Part shown: one piece after another, positions 26,747 through 37,787 of the stretch
How the letters are laid out: each line of letters starts with the position of its first letter
Numbering within the stretch: position 1 is the first letter of the stretch
From: an uncultured Chloroflexia bacterium
GTDB taxonomy: Bacteria > Chloroflexota > Limnocylindria > Limnocylindrales > CSP1-4
NCBI GenBank assembly: GCA_963798955.1
Contig: CAWCVO010000002.1
Span: 615,637 to 679,636, forward strand
Length of the DNA stretch: 64,000 nucleotides
Direction of reading: 5' to 3'
Program-made: the position numbers and the translations under genes
The notes under the pieces: generated by a model
What the model saw: only the letters and a program-made list of their open reading frames with translations
What the model was told of the DNA's origin: nothing
The model's database searches: none

Positions 26747-26870
26747 GGGAGAGGGAACGGGAAGCGATGCTTCACGGTTCCGCTGCTCGCAGACTAGGAC
26801 TCATGCGTGAAGCGACCAGCCGGTAGGTGGTGAAGAAACGCACACCATTGCCTGCCACAATCCAGCCCTG

Positions 26871-28220
26871 ATGACCACGCCTGTGATGCGGATGCTCGTT
26901 GGGCTATTGCTGGTCAGCCTGGTCGCCGCGTGCGTGGACGTCACGGTCGTGCCCACGCCACAGGCCGCCTCGTCGGCCAGCCCTCCCGCGGCGACTCCGG
27001 CGCAGACGTCCGTACCCGGTGGTTCAACCTTGCCGTCGGAGCCGCCTGCGTCGATCTCCGCCGACCTGCGCGCACAGGTCGATGCGGTGACCAGCGCGAT
27101 GCCCGCCATCCGCCAGCTGGCCGCGACCCGTGAGGTGCCGTACGAATTCATCACCCGCGACCAGTTCAGCCAGTTGGTGACACAGCTCAACGAACAGGAC
27201 ACGCCGCCCGCGGAACAGGCCGCCGAAGGCAGGCTGCTCAAACGTCTCGGGCTGCTGCCCGCCGATGCCGACCTGGCGAGCCTGCTGGTACAGCTGTATG
27301 CCGGTCAGGTGGCGGCGTTCTACCGACCCGACACGAAGGCCTTCTACATCATCCAAAGCGGCCAGCCATTCGGCCCGGTGGACGAGGTGACCGTCGCGCA
27401 CGAGTACACCCATGCGCTCCAGGACATGCACTTCGACCTCGCCGCGAACACGATCTCGGACCCGGCTGAGGGCGACGCGGCGCTCGGCCAGCTGGCGGTC
27501 ATCGAGGGCGACGCGACGCTGGCCTCGCAGATCTGGATGTACCAGAACCTGAGCTTCGATCAGCTCCTGCAGATGCTGAACCAGGCGCTCGGCGAGGTGG
27601 ACCTGCAGCAGCTCGCATCGATGCCGCCCATCCTGCGTCGCGAGCTGGAGTTCCCGTACGTCGACGGGCTGGCCTTCGTGTCGGGCCTGTACTGCGGGCA
27701 GCCGACCTGTTTGGCGGGCGGCGACTGGCAACCGGTCAACGACGCGTTGGTGACTCCGCCCGCATCCACCGAGCAGATCCTGCATCCGGAGAAGTACGGC
27801 GTCGACCAGCCGGTCCACATCGACCTCCCCGACCTCACCGGGAAGCTGGGCGATGGCTGGTCGCTGACCCTGACTCGGACGCTGGGTGAGCTGGATCTCC
27901 AGGTGCTCGTTGCCGGTGACGAGGCGCCCGCCGAGACAGTGCCGGGGCTGGCGGTCACCTGGCCGCACAGCGAGGCGGCCGCGGGTTGGGGCGGGGACCG
28001 CCTGGCGATGTACGAGGGACCCGACGGGTCCTGGCTGATTGATTGGCAGACGGCGTGGGACACGCCGGCCGATGCGCAGGAGTTCGTCACCCGCCTGAAC
28101 GAACTGCGGCCGACGTTCGGGGGAGCAAGTGAGACTTTCGCACAGTCTGACTCGGTGCACGTGGCCATTGCATCGAGCTCAGCACTGCTCCCGATGACAG
28201 GATTGCCTGCTGCCCAGTAG
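26871..28220 (+). CDS. secreted lipoprotein, putative Zn-metallopeptidase (HExxH)
   Basis: Signal/lipobox LLLVSLVAAC, a Pro/Ser-rich linker, and VTVAHEYTHALQDMHF (HExxH). Confidence 0.6.
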   Translation: MTTPVMRMLVGLLLVSLVAACVDVTVVPTPQAASSASPPAATPAQTSVPGGSTLPSEPPASISADLRAQVDAVTSAMPAIRQLAATREVPYEFITRDQFSQLVTQLNEQDTPPAEQAAEGRLLKRLGLLPADADLASLLVQLYAGQVAAFYRPDTKAFYIIQSGQPFGPVDEVTVAHEYTHALQDMHFDLAANTISDPAEGDAALGQLAVIEGDATLASQIWMYQNLSFDQLLQMLNQALGEVDLQQLASMPPILRRELEFPYVDGLAFVSGLYCGQPTCLAGGDWQPVNDALVTPPASTEQILHPEKYGVDQPVHIDLPDLTGKLGDGWSLTLTRTLGELDLQVLVAGDEAPAETVPGLAVTWPHSEAAAGWGGDRLAMYEGPDGSWLIDWQTAWDTPADAQEFVTRLNELRPTFGGASETFAQSDSVHVAIASSSALLPMTGLPAAQ

Positions 28221-28223
28221 TTG

Positions 28224-29885
28224 CTACATCGACTCCGGTGCTGAGATACCGAGCAGGCCGAGGGCGGCTGCCAGAGTGGCGCGTGTGGCATCGACCAGGC
28301 CCAGCCGCGCGGCGGACGTTTCGGGATCCGCCGGGTCGAGTACGCGCCGGTCACGGTAGTAGGCGTGGAAGCGCGTGGCCAGGTTCGTGGCGAATGTCGT
28401 GATCGCCTGGGTCTCGCGTGCATGCGCGGCATCGACGACGATTTCCGGCAGGCGCAGGAGCTCCTTGGCCAGGCCGTGCGAGAGGTCGTCGTTGCCCAGC
28501 GTGCCGCGCAGCGAGTCAGCCGAAGCGAGTCCCTCGTCGCGGGCCTTGCGCAGCATCGAACTGATGCGTGCGTGCGCGTACTGGACGTAGTAGACCGGGT
28601 TGTCGTTTGACTGCCGGCGCGCCAGTTCGATGTCGAAGTCGATGGCCGTCGATGGCGACCGAGAAGCAAAGTACCAGCGCGCGGCATCCACGCCGACCTC
28701 GGCCAGCAGCTCGTCGAGGGTGATGAACTCGCCCGCGCGCTTGGACATCGAGATCTCCTGGCCGGCGCGCACGAAGCGGACCCAGGCGATCAGCAATACG
28801 TTGACCGAGTTGCGGTCGTAGCCCAATGCCTGGGCGGCATTCTTCAGGCGCGCGACCGTGCCATGGTGGTCGGCGCCCCACAGGTAGACCAGCTCGTCGT
28901 AGGCGCGGCTGAACTTCTCGAGCAGATAGCCGATGTCCGCGGCGAAATACGTCGGCTCGCCGTTGGAGCGCAGCACCACGCGGTCCTTGTCATCGCCGTA
29001 CGTGGTCGATCGGAACCAGAGTGCGCCATCCTGCTCGTACAGGTCGCCCGAACCGCGCAGTTGCGCGATCCCCCGCTCGACCCACCCCTCACGGTGCAGC
29101 GAACCCTCCGACTTCCACACGTCGAAATGCACGCCGAGGCTCTCCAGGCTGGCCTCGATCCCCTGCCGGACCTGCTCCGAGGCCCAGCGACCGATGATCC
29201 AGCCTGCCTCCGCCGGCTGTGCGGCGGCCTGCGTCCACAACTCGTCCGGCAGCGCGGCAGCGAGGTCGTCCACGTACGAGCCGTGATAGCCATCCTCCGG
29301 TATCGCTTCGCCCAGCCGGATGGCGCGGATCGAGAGGCCCAGGTTCTGCACCTGGGTGCCCGAATCGTTGAAGTAGTACTCACGCTCGACTCGGTGGCCG
29401 ACCGCCTCGAGCACGCGGCAGAGCAGGTCGCCAACGAACGCGCCACGCGCATTGCCGATGGTCAGCGGCCCGGTGGGATTGGCCGACACGAACTCGACGT
29501 TGATGCGCTGCGGCTGGGCGACGCTCGTCCGGCCGTAGCTCGTGCCCAGCCGGCGGATCTCGTCGACCTGCGCCTCGACATACGCCGGCGCGAGCCACAC
29601 GTTGACGAACCCGGCGCCGGCCACTTCGGCCTTCGACAGCAACTCGTCTTCAGGGCCGGCGCCCAGCTCCGCCACGAGCGTTTCGGCAATCTGGCGCGGC
29701 GGCCGCCTGAGCGACCCGGCCAGCTTGAGCGCGAGGTTCGTCGAGAAGTCGCCGTGCTCCTCACGCTCAGGGCGCACGACCTCGATGTCGTCGACCTGGA
29801 GCTTCAGGCCCTCTTGGGCAGCTTTCCGCACACGCGCGCTGACAAGGTCACGGGCATTTGGCACGCTGGGAGGGTAGTCGATCAT
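28224..29885 (-). CDS. argS: arginine--tRNA ligase
   Basis: 553 aa, full-length ArgRS, with the anticodon-binding DALR domain at the C-terminus (...KELLRLPEIV...). Confidence 0.95.
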   Translation of the reverse strand: MIDYPPSVPNARDLVSARVRKAAQEGLKLQVDDIEVVRPEREEHGDFSTNLALKLAGSLRRPPRQIAETLVAELGAGPEDELLSKAEVAGAGFVNVWLAPAYVEAQVDEIRRLGTSYGRTSVAQPQRINVEFVSANPTGPLTIGNARGAFVGDLLCRVLEAVGHRVEREYYFNDSGTQVQNLGLSIRAIRLGEAIPEDGYHGSYVDDLAAALPDELWTQAAAQPAEAGWIIGRWASEQVRQGIEASLESLGVHFDVWKSEGSLHREGWVERGIAQLRGSGDLYEQDGALWFRSTTYGDDKDRVVLRSNGEPTYFAADIGYLLEKFSRAYDELVYLWGADHHGTVARLKNAAQALGYDRNSVNVLLIAWVRFVRAGQEISMSKRAGEFITLDELLAEVGVDAARWYFASRSPSTAIDFDIELARRQSNDNPVYYVQYAHARISSMLRKARDEGLASADSLRGTLGNDDLSHGLAKELLRLPEIVVDAAHARETQAITTFATNLATRFHAYYRDRRVLDPADPETSAARLGLVDATRATLAAALGLLGISAPESM

Positions 29886-29899
29886 CCGGCCGTCTCGCC

Positions 29900-30736
29900 T
29901 CAGGCGATATCGACCGCCAGGCCGGGCTCGGCGAGCAGTGATTCGCCGCCAAAGACCCCGCGCGCGGCAGCAAGTGTCGCGGCCAATGACTGGCGATCCT
30001 GGACATGGGTGAGGATCAGCCGTCCGGCGGCGCGCTGCTGGGCAACCCAGCCCGCTTCGGCTGCGGTGAGATGGATGCTCTCGTGCGGCTTGTCGGACGC
30101 GCCGTAAGCGGCTTCACACAGCAGCACGTCGTCTTCACGTACGAGCGGCAGCAGGTCCTCCCTGACTCCGCAGTCGCCCGAGTACACGAGCCCCGGGCCG
30201 GCGCCATCGACCGAGATGCGGAAGGCATACGAATCGGGGATGTGCGTCACGTGGCGCGCCTCGATGGTGAAGCCGGCAAGCTCGAACGTGCCCGGCTCGA
30301 GGGCGGCGGGCGCGAGGCAATCGAGCATGCCCGTGTGAGCTTGAAATGCATCAAATCGGGCAGGCAGCTCGGCCGGACCGCGCAGCCTGGGGGCGCCGGT
30401 TTCGGCCTCGTAGGTGAGGTAGTGGCGCAGCGGGATCAGGTCGACCAGGTGGTCGGCGTGCAGGTGGCTGATCAGGACGCCGTCGATTGACTCGGGCGCC
30501 ACGTATTGCGCCAGTGCGCTGAACGCACCCTGGCCGAAATCGAGCACGAGCGCTGCGCCGCGATGTTGAACCAGGTAGCACGACGATGCGTGCCCGGCAC
30601 GTCGCGTCCATGCCGGCGCATCACCGACCACGGTCAGCCTCACGGCCAGATCTCGTCGATCCGATCGACGAACTCCGTCAGCGAGTCGACCACCAGGGTG
30701 CCCGTTGGCGGCTCGTCGCGGATGATCACGCCCCAC
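29900..30736 (-). CDS. MBL-fold metallo-hydrolase
   Basis: AWTRRAGHASSCYLV...GVLISHLHADHLVDL, the metallo-beta-lactamase motif. Confidence 0.8.
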   Translation of the reverse strand: MGRDHPRRAANGHPGGRLADGVRRSDRRDLAVRLTVVGDAPAWTRRAGHASSCYLVQHRGAALVLDFGQGAFSALAQYVAPESIDGVLISHLHADHLVDLIPLRHYLTYEAETGAPRLRGPAELPARFDAFQAHTGMLDCLAPAALEPGTFELAGFTIEARHVTHIPDSYAFRISVDGAGPGLVYSGDCGVREDLLPLVREDDVLLCEAAYGASDKPHESIHLTAAEAGWVAQQRAAGRLILTHVQDRQSLAATLAAARGVFGGESLLAEPGLAVDIA

Positions 30737-31293
30737 GGGCCACGGCGCAGCCAGACGGCGTGCATGCCCGCCGCCGACGCCGGGCGCACGTCGTTGTCCA
30801 GCCGATCGCCGACGTAGGCGATGTCGCTCGGTTCAGCGTCCATCAAAGCCGCCGCTCGATCGAAGAACTCCGGTGCGGGCTTGTGCACGCGGAGCTCGCC
30901 GCTCATGGCCATCACCTCGACCCGGACCTCGAGCGCCTGGAGCTCGGCCGTCCGCTGCGCCGGCTGGTTGGCCAGGATGGCCAGGTGGTAGCCCAGGCTG
31001 CGCAGCCGATCGAGCGCGGGCATCACGTCCGGGTACATGTCGCCCAGCTGGAAGCCGCCATGCAGCGCCTCGAACTCGGCTGCGCGTGCCTGCCATTCCG
31101 GCCGGCCCACGAGATTGAAGACTTCGCGGTGGTCCTGGCCGCGGGCCACGACGGCGCCGAAGGCGGCCATGAAGGTCAGGCGCGGCACGCCCAGCAGATC
31201 TGCCCAAAGGGTCCAGATGCGCAATTCGTCGATGATCGTTTCGCCGACGTCCAGGCAGACCCACCGGCGCCCGGCCGGTCGCCCGGCCGCCAC
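30640..31293 (-). CDS. HAD-family hydrolase (HAD-IA)
   Basis: VCLDVGETI (DxD-like motif I), LAILANQPA and YVGDRLDNDVRPA (motif IV). The true start is probably downstream of 31293. Confidence 0.7.
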   Translation of the reverse strand: MAAGRPAGRRWVCLDVGETIIDELRIWTLWADLLGVPRLTFMAAFGAVVARGQDHREVFNLVGRPEWQARAAEFEALHGGFQLGDMYPDVMPALDRLRSLGYHLAILANQPAQRTAELQALEVRVEVMAMSGELRVHKPAPEFFDRAAALMDAEPSDIAYVGDRLDNDVRPASAAGMHAVWLRRGPWGVIIRDEPPTGTLVVDSLTEFVDRIDEIWP

Positions 31294-32487
<1,194 letters not shown>

Positions 32488-32491
<4 letters not shown>

Positions 32492-33530
32492 ATCTGTGCT
32501 CCTCCTGCGGCAGCAGCACGATCTTGCCCGCGTGCCCGGCGGCGACCAGGTCGAAGGCCGTGGCGTAGTCGGACAGCGGCAGGCGGTGAGTGATGATCGG
32601 CGTCAAATCGAGGCCTTCCTGGAGCAGCGCACTGGCGCGATACCAGGTGTCGAACAGGCGGCGGCCGGTGATGCCGTAGATGCGAATGCCCTTGAAGATG
32701 ACCTCCTGGGACAGGTCGATCGTGGCCGGCATGGCGTGGGTTCCCAGGAGAGACACTCGCCCGCCATTGGTCACCGCGGCGAGGCCCTGGTGCAGGGCCG
32801 CGCTCGAGCCCGACATCTCGACAACAATGTCGACACCGTCGCCGTGCGTCAGTGCGCGCAGCCGGCCGGGCACGTCGTCGAGGGCGGCGTCCAGCACCAG
32901 GTCGGCGCCCATGCGTTCGGCCATCGCCCGGCGCTCGGGCTTGATGTCCGTGGCGTAGACCGCCCGGGCGCCGGCCATCTTGAGGACGGCAATGCTCATC
33001 AGTCCGATCGGGCCGCAACCGGTCACGACCGCGGTCTGCCCGGCGACGTCCTCGACCAGTGAAGCGAAGACCGCGTTGCCGAGTGGCTCCTGGAGGGCGG
33101 CGATCTCGGGCGAGAGGCCTTCGGAGGGCCAGGCGTTGACCTCCGGAATGGCCACGTACTGCGCAAACGAGCCCGCGCGGTGGACGCCCAGGATGCGCAG
33201 GTTCTGGCAGACGTACGAGCGGTTGGTACGGCACTGGTAGCAGGTCCAATCGACGACGTGCGTCTCGGCCGCGACCAGCGTGCCGATGGGGATGCGCGTC
33301 GCGCCCGGGCCGCGGTCGACGATCGTGCCCGCCATCTCGTGGCCGAAGATCATGGGCGGTGGCCCGAAGTTCTCCTGCGCCCACTCGTCCCAGCGCTCGA
33401 TGTGAACGTCAGTTCCGCACACGCTGGCCGCCTCGACGCGCACGAGTACCTCGCCCGGGCCGGGTGCGGGAATGGGCACCTCACGAATTGCCGCACCGGG
33501 CGCCGCCGTTTCCTTGACCAGGGCGCGCAT
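32488..33530 (-). CDS. tdh: L-threonine 3-dehydrogenase
   Basis: MRALVKE...EVLVRVEAASVCGTDVHIERWDEWA...GHEMAGTIV, a Zn-dependent MDR; its ATGA overlaps kbl. Confidence 0.9.
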
Positions 33531-33602
33531 GGATGTGCCAACCGGCGGTGGCTCGAGAACGGCCGCCGGTCGGGTAGTCATGCGCGGGTCTGGGTCACTT
33601 TG

Positions 33603-33614
33603 TGAGGCGCCTCA
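33603..33614. promoter_or_regulatory. perfect 12-bp palindrome TGAGGCGCCTCA upstream of tdh
   Basis: It overlaps the stop of the upstream gene, about 75 nt before the tdh start. Confidence 0.25.
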
Positions 33615-34508
33615 GCAGAGCGATTGTTCGGGCTCGAACTTGTCCATCCATTGTTGGGCGAAGGTGAGTGCGTTGTCGAGATTGAATTGGTCGAACAGGT
33701 ACGCACGGCCCCAGGCCACCTCGGCGAACTGCGTATTCATCGAGTCGAAGCGGGCCACCAGGACCTCCTTGTTGCACCCCTCGGACGGAGCCGGGGTGGG
33801 CGCCTGGGCGTACCACTGCTGCATCTGGTTGTAATCGTCCTGGCTGATGCAGTCACCCTGACCGATCACGCCGCTCGGGCAACGATAGAGCAGCACCACC
33901 CAGCCGTGCTCCAGGTTGTGCACCCAGCCGCCCGGCGCCTGCTCTTTCTGGGCCCCGTACACGTCGGCCGCGATCGGGCCGAAGCCGGCCTGGTTGTAGT
34001 GGTTGCCTGAGGTGGGCGGGCAGAAACCGTAGGTGATGGTCGAGTTCGTGGCGACGTGGTCGCGGCCCAGGATTGGTGTCGTGAAGCCCAGTCGCGGCGT
34101 CGGCTGCGGGGTCGGCGATGGGGATGCCGTGGGCGATGCGGATGGCGCCCCAGACGAGGTCTCGCTCGGCGTGGGTGCCGAGGTGGGTGTGGCCGGTACC
34201 GTTGGTGTCGGGTTGAGGGTCTCGGCCGGCGCCGGTGTCAGCTGGGTGAGGCAGGTGTACGCGGCGTTGGCGTTACTGCCCTGACCGAAGAAGAAGAAGT
34301 AGCCGATTACCAGCAGCCCGCCCACCACGAGCGCGGCCATCAGCGGCGCGCGGAAGCGCTCGAGCGTGGTTGGTTGAGCCGTGTGATGCGGGCGGGTGCG
34401 CCTGGTCGTGCGCGAGCCGGCCGGCGTGGTCGTGACGCGCTCTTCATTCGAACTGGAATGGTCGCCCGGGGGCTCGCTGCGCACCGCGCGGCGGGATCGT
34501 TTGGCCAC
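33612..34508 (-). CDS. membrane-anchored DUF3105-like protein with Pro/Thr-rich linker
   Basis: A single TM (LMAALVVGGLLVIGYFFFF), a PT-rich linker, and a C-terminal domain with GNHYN and HNLEHGWVV motifs. Confidence 0.5.
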   Translation of the reverse strand: MAKRSRRAVRSEPPGDHSSSNEERVTTTPAGSRTTRRTRPHHTAQPTTLERFRAPLMAALVVGGLLVIGYFFFFGQGSNANAAYTCLTQLTPAPAETLNPTPTVPATPTSAPTPSETSSGAPSASPTASPSPTPQPTPRLGFTTPILGRDHVATNSTITYGFCPPTSGNHYNQAGFGPIAADVYGAQKEQAPGGWVHNLEHGWVVLLYRCPSGVIGQGDCISQDDYNQMQQWYAQAPTPAPSEGCNKEVLVARFDSMNTQFAEVAWGRAYLFDQFNLDNALTFAQQWMDKFEPEQSLC

Positions 34509-34613
34509 TGGTCGACGAGACTCCTGTCAGATGGGGTGCGGGTGGCAGGCTCGCACCGGCGAGCGTGACGTGCCGGTAAGCCTAAGGCAGGCGCGGAATG
34601 GCTGCCGACGCGC

Positions 34614-34988
34614 CTACGGCTCGTTGAACCAGGCGCGCACCGCAGCGCGGCGCAACGAAAGGAACAGGACACCGGCAAGGATCAGCCCGATCAGGCCGCC
34701 GATGACGCTGGCCCACGAGTACAGGATGATCGCGATCGGCAGGCTGAGCGTGGCCAGCCCGACGCCGAGCATCCACGCTGCCTGCTTGCGCTGCAGGATC
34801 AGCGTCAGGGTGAAGATCAGGTAGGCGAGCAACAGCATCCACAGCAGCCCGAGCGGCGAAACCGGGGCGTCGACGGCGAGCCCGATGATGAGCGGCAGCG
34901 TCAGGCCGAGGGCCGCGAGGAGCACGAAGCCGAAGCCGAGCAACAACATGACGCCGAAGGGCATGCGCCGAGGTTGGGTGGAGGACAT
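34614..34988 (-). CDS. small integral membrane protein, hypothetical
   Basis: MSSTQPRRMPFGVMLLLGFGFVLLAALGL... with 3-4 TM segments. Confidence 0.45.
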   Translation of the reverse strand: MSSTQPRRMPFGVMLLLGFGFVLLAALGLTLPLIIGLAVDAPVSPLGLLWMLLLAYLIFTLTLILQRKQAAWMLGVGLATLSLPIAIILYSWASVIGGLIGLILAGVLFLSLRRAAVRAWFNEP

Positions 34989-35058
34989 CAGGGTGGATTC
35001 TCCCACCCGGCGCGCGCTTGGGCCTTCGTCATGGAGAATTGCCAGCCGAGATGCCGAA

Positions 35059-36624
35059 ATGCCGATGACGACGCCCACAGACACCCCCGACTGGGTCGCG
35101 GACGCGATCTTCTACCAGGTCTTTCCCGATCGCTTCGCGGCGAGTGATCGCCTCGCCAAGCCCGGCCCGCTCGAGGCGTGGGATGCACCGCCAACGCCGT
35201 ACGGCTTCAAGGGCGGCGACCTGCTGGGCGTCGTCGAGCATCTCGACTACCTGGCCGACCTGGGCATCAACGCGCTCTACCTGACGCCCATCCTCGCGTC
35301 GGCCTCGAACCACCGCTACCACACGTATGACTACTACTCGGTCGATCCGCTGCTCGGCGGTGACGCTGCGCTGCGCGAGCTGCTGGACGCAACGCATGCG
35401 CGCGGTATGCACGTCGTGCTGGACGGTGTCTTCAACCATTCGGGCCGTGGCTTCTGGCCGTTCCACCACATCGTCGAAACCGGAGCCGGGTCGCCCTACG
35501 TGGACTGGTTCTACGTCGATCGCGAGCGCCTCGAGTCGGGCGTCGGCCTGCGTCCATACCCGACGCGCGAAGAAGAGCGGGCGATGGCGGAAGGCTCGGG
35601 CGGGCAGCGCAACGGTGATGCCTCGCTGCGCCACCTGGGTTACCGCGCCTGGTGGGATCTGCCCGCACTGCCCAAGCTCAATACCGACAACCCGCACCTG
35701 CGCGAGCACCTGCTCGGGGCGGCCGAGCACTGGCTGCGCTTCGGTATCGACGGTTGGCGTCTCGACGTGGCGGAGGAGATCGATGCCGGCTTCTGGCGCG
35801 AGTTTCGCGCGCGCGCCCGGGCCGTTCGTGATGACGCGTACATCGTGGCCGAGATCTGGCGCGAGCAACCGTCATGGGTGAGTGGCGACACCTTTGACGC
35901 GTTGATGAACTACCCGCTCGCCGAGGCACTGCTCGGTTTCACCGCCGCGCACCACCTTGACGCCCAGGTCCTTGCCACGCAGCACGAGTTTCGCCAGTTC
36001 GTGCGGCCGATGGACGGGCCGGGATTTCTCGACCGCCTGAACCACCTCATGACCATGTACCGGCCCGCGGCGATCCGCGCCCAGTTGAACCTGCTCGACA
36101 GCCACGACACGGCGCGCTTCCTGACGCTCGCCGGCGGGGATGTCGCCTCGCTGGAGCTTGCCCTGCTCGCGGTCATGACGCTGCCCGGCGCGCCGTGCAT
36201 CTACTACGGCGACGAGGTGGGCCTCGCCGGCCGGCACGATCCCGACAACCGGCGCGCCTTTCCGTGGGATCGCGCGCGATGGAACAGGTCGCTGCACCAC
36301 CGGGTCCGGGCGCTCATCCATGCGCGACGGGACCACGAGGTGCTGCGCCGGGGCACCTACCGCGGTTTGTCGGCCGCTGGTGAGTCGGTCGCCTACGGCC
36401 GGTTCCTGGGTGATCAGTCGGCGGTCGTGGCGATCAACTCCGGCGACTCCGCGACCCGGCTGTCGTTTGCGGCACCCGAGCTGCGCGGCGCGCGCCTCGA
36501 GTCACTCGCCTTGCCCGCTTCGGCGCCGGTTGCTGTTGGCCAGCCCGCCGTCGACGGCAGTGCGTGGGTGGAGCTGGCTGCGCGCAGTGGCGCCATACTG
36601 CTTGGTCGGAGCAACCATCAATGA
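35059..36624 (+). CDS. glycoside hydrolase family 13 (alpha-amylase family; alpha-glucosidase/neopullulanase-like)
   Basis: DAIFYQVFPDRF...GGDLLGVVEHLDYLADLGINALYLTPI...VVLDGVFNHSG...GWRLDVAEEI, the GH13 conserved regions I-IV. Confidence 0.9.
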   Translation: MPMTTPTDTPDWVADAIFYQVFPDRFAASDRLAKPGPLEAWDAPPTPYGFKGGDLLGVVEHLDYLADLGINALYLTPILASASNHRYHTYDYYSVDPLLGGDAALRELLDATHARGMHVVLDGVFNHSGRGFWPFHHIVETGAGSPYVDWFYVDRERLESGVGLRPYPTREEERAMAEGSGGQRNGDASLRHLGYRAWWDLPALPKLNTDNPHLREHLLGAAEHWLRFGIDGWRLDVAEEIDAGFWREFRARARAVRDDAYIVAEIWREQPSWVSGDTFDALMNYPLAEALLGFTAAHHLDAQVLATQHEFRQFVRPMDGPGFLDRLNHLMTMYRPAAIRAQLNLLDSHDTARFLTLAGGDVASLELALLAVMTLPGAPCIYYGDEVGLAGRHDPDNRRAFPWDRARWNRSLHHRVRALIHARRDHEVLRRGTYRGLSAAGESVAYGRFLGDQSAVVAINSGDSATRLSFAAPELRGARLESLALPASAPVAVGQPAVDGSAWVELAARSGAILLGRSNHQ

Positions 36625-36923
36625 ACGTCATTCGCACGATGCTGTTCGTGGTCGTGATCGGCGCGGCACTCGTCGCCGGCTACGGCCTGTTCATCGACAG
36701 TGCCGATACCAAGCTGCCCCTGGTCGTGAGTGGCCTCGCGGTCCTTGGGCTTGCGCTCGGGTTGCTGGGCTTCATGCTCGCGGGCGCGGCGATCCAGGCC
36801 GGTGAGGAGGACCGTGGCCTCAAGGCGCTGGGCATCGCCCTGCTCGGCGGGCTGTGCGTGATGATCGCCGCCGGCTCGCTGGCGGGCGCCATCATCCTGG
36901 GTATCCTGACCGGGACCGCGTAG
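36621..36923 (+). CDS. small membrane protein, hypothetical
   Basis: MNVIRTMLFVVVIGAALVAGYGLF... with 3 TM segments; ATGA overlap with the GH13 gene. Confidence 0.4.
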   Translation: MNVIRTMLFVVVIGAALVAGYGLFIDSADTKLPLVVSGLAVLGLALGLLGFMLAGAAIQAGEEDRGLKALGIALLGGLCVMIAAGSLAGAIILGILTGTA

Positions 36924-36937
36924 ACTCGGACCTTCCC

Positions 36938-37011
36938 GCCCCCATCGTCTAGAGGCCTAGGACGCCACCCTTTCAAGGTGGAGATCAGGGGTTCGAATCC
37001 CCTTGGGGGCA
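36938..37011 (+). tRNA. tRNA-Glu (anticodon TTC)
   Basis: GCCCCCATCGTCTAGAGGCCTAGGACGCCACCCTTTCAAGGTGG...GGTTCGAATCCCCTTGGGGGCA, a cloverleaf with anticodon loop CTTTCAA. Confidence 0.92.
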
Positions 37012-37072
37012 CTCCCGCCCCGCGGTCCGAAGCCATGATGGGCTTGATACGGCTAGCGAGGTCGACCGTACG

Positions 37073-37702
37073 GTGCGGCGGGCTACGATGTCTGGGATGG
37101 CTTTCGCGACGTCTTCTCGGTCACCGGTGCAAGTGCGCTGGTTGCTGTTCGTGCTCGCGCCAGTGGTCCTGGTCGGATGCCAGTTCATGGGTCCAGCTGG
37201 CGTACGCCGTGACGACATTGGTAGCCAACTCCACGATTGGACGACACGCGCACAGATCGGGGACACGATCGCGATTGCTGATCTGACTGATTTTGCGTGG
37301 GAGAGGCTGCTTGTCGCCGGCCCTTACACGAGTAATGACGACGTTCAGAAGCTGCTCGGATTCGCATGGGACATCGAGAAGACGCCGGCTGGGACGAACG
37401 ATGCAAATGGACTGATTGCCTTTGTTTCAGACCACCAGGTTGTTGCGTGGTCAGACGTAGGCTGGGCCACGGTGGAGGGCCTGGTACCGGAAAACGAGAA
37501 CGCCATAGTGGTTGCCAAGGACGCTGCCGTGTTCGCGTGGAATGGCATTCAACTTGTGCCGACGGGAGGCCAAGCCTGGCGAATGAATGCCGACGCCCGG
37601 ACACGGCGGCCCGGCGATGCTCTTGGTGTTGCAGGCTACGGCCAATGGTCGCCGGTGGTGGGCCAGTTAAGCGCTACGGACCGACCGTCTGGGCCTGCAT
37701 AG
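37073..37702 (+). CDS. lipoprotein, hypothetical (islet cargo)
   Basis: Signal peptide with lipobox (VLVGCQ); no recognised domain; lower GC than the surroundings. Confidence 0.5.
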   Translation: MRRATMSGMAFATSSRSPVQVRWLLFVLAPVVLVGCQFMGPAGVRRDDIGSQLHDWTTRAQIGDTIAIADLTDFAWERLLVAGPYTSNDDVQKLLGFAWDIEKTPAGTNDANGLIAFVSDHQVVAWSDVGWATVEGLVPENENAIVVAKDAAVFAWNGIQLVPTGGQAWRMNADARTRRPGDALGVAGYGQWSPVVGQLSATDRPSGPA

Positions 37703-37771
37703 AACCCCACGAAAAGGGCTACGCGATGTACCAGGCGAGTGAGTCCTCCTTCTCAAGAGACAGCGGGCGGG

Positions 37772-37787
37772 TGCTTGAGCCCCCTTG
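37772..37787 (+). repeat. direct repeat of the tRNA-Glu 3' end (attR-like)
   Basis: Exact 16-nt copy, followed by the hairpin GCACTC-gattg-GAGTGC. Confidence 0.6.

Larger units (their letters stand above)
37012..37787. mobile_element. putative integrated islet remnant at tRNA-Glu 3' end (no integrase present)
   Basis: The 16-bp tRNA 3'-end sequence CCCCTTGGGGGCACTC (36996-37011) is repeated exactly at 37772-37787. The intervening 0.77 kb has visibly lower GC (about 57%) and carries one lipoprotein gene. Confidence 0.4.
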
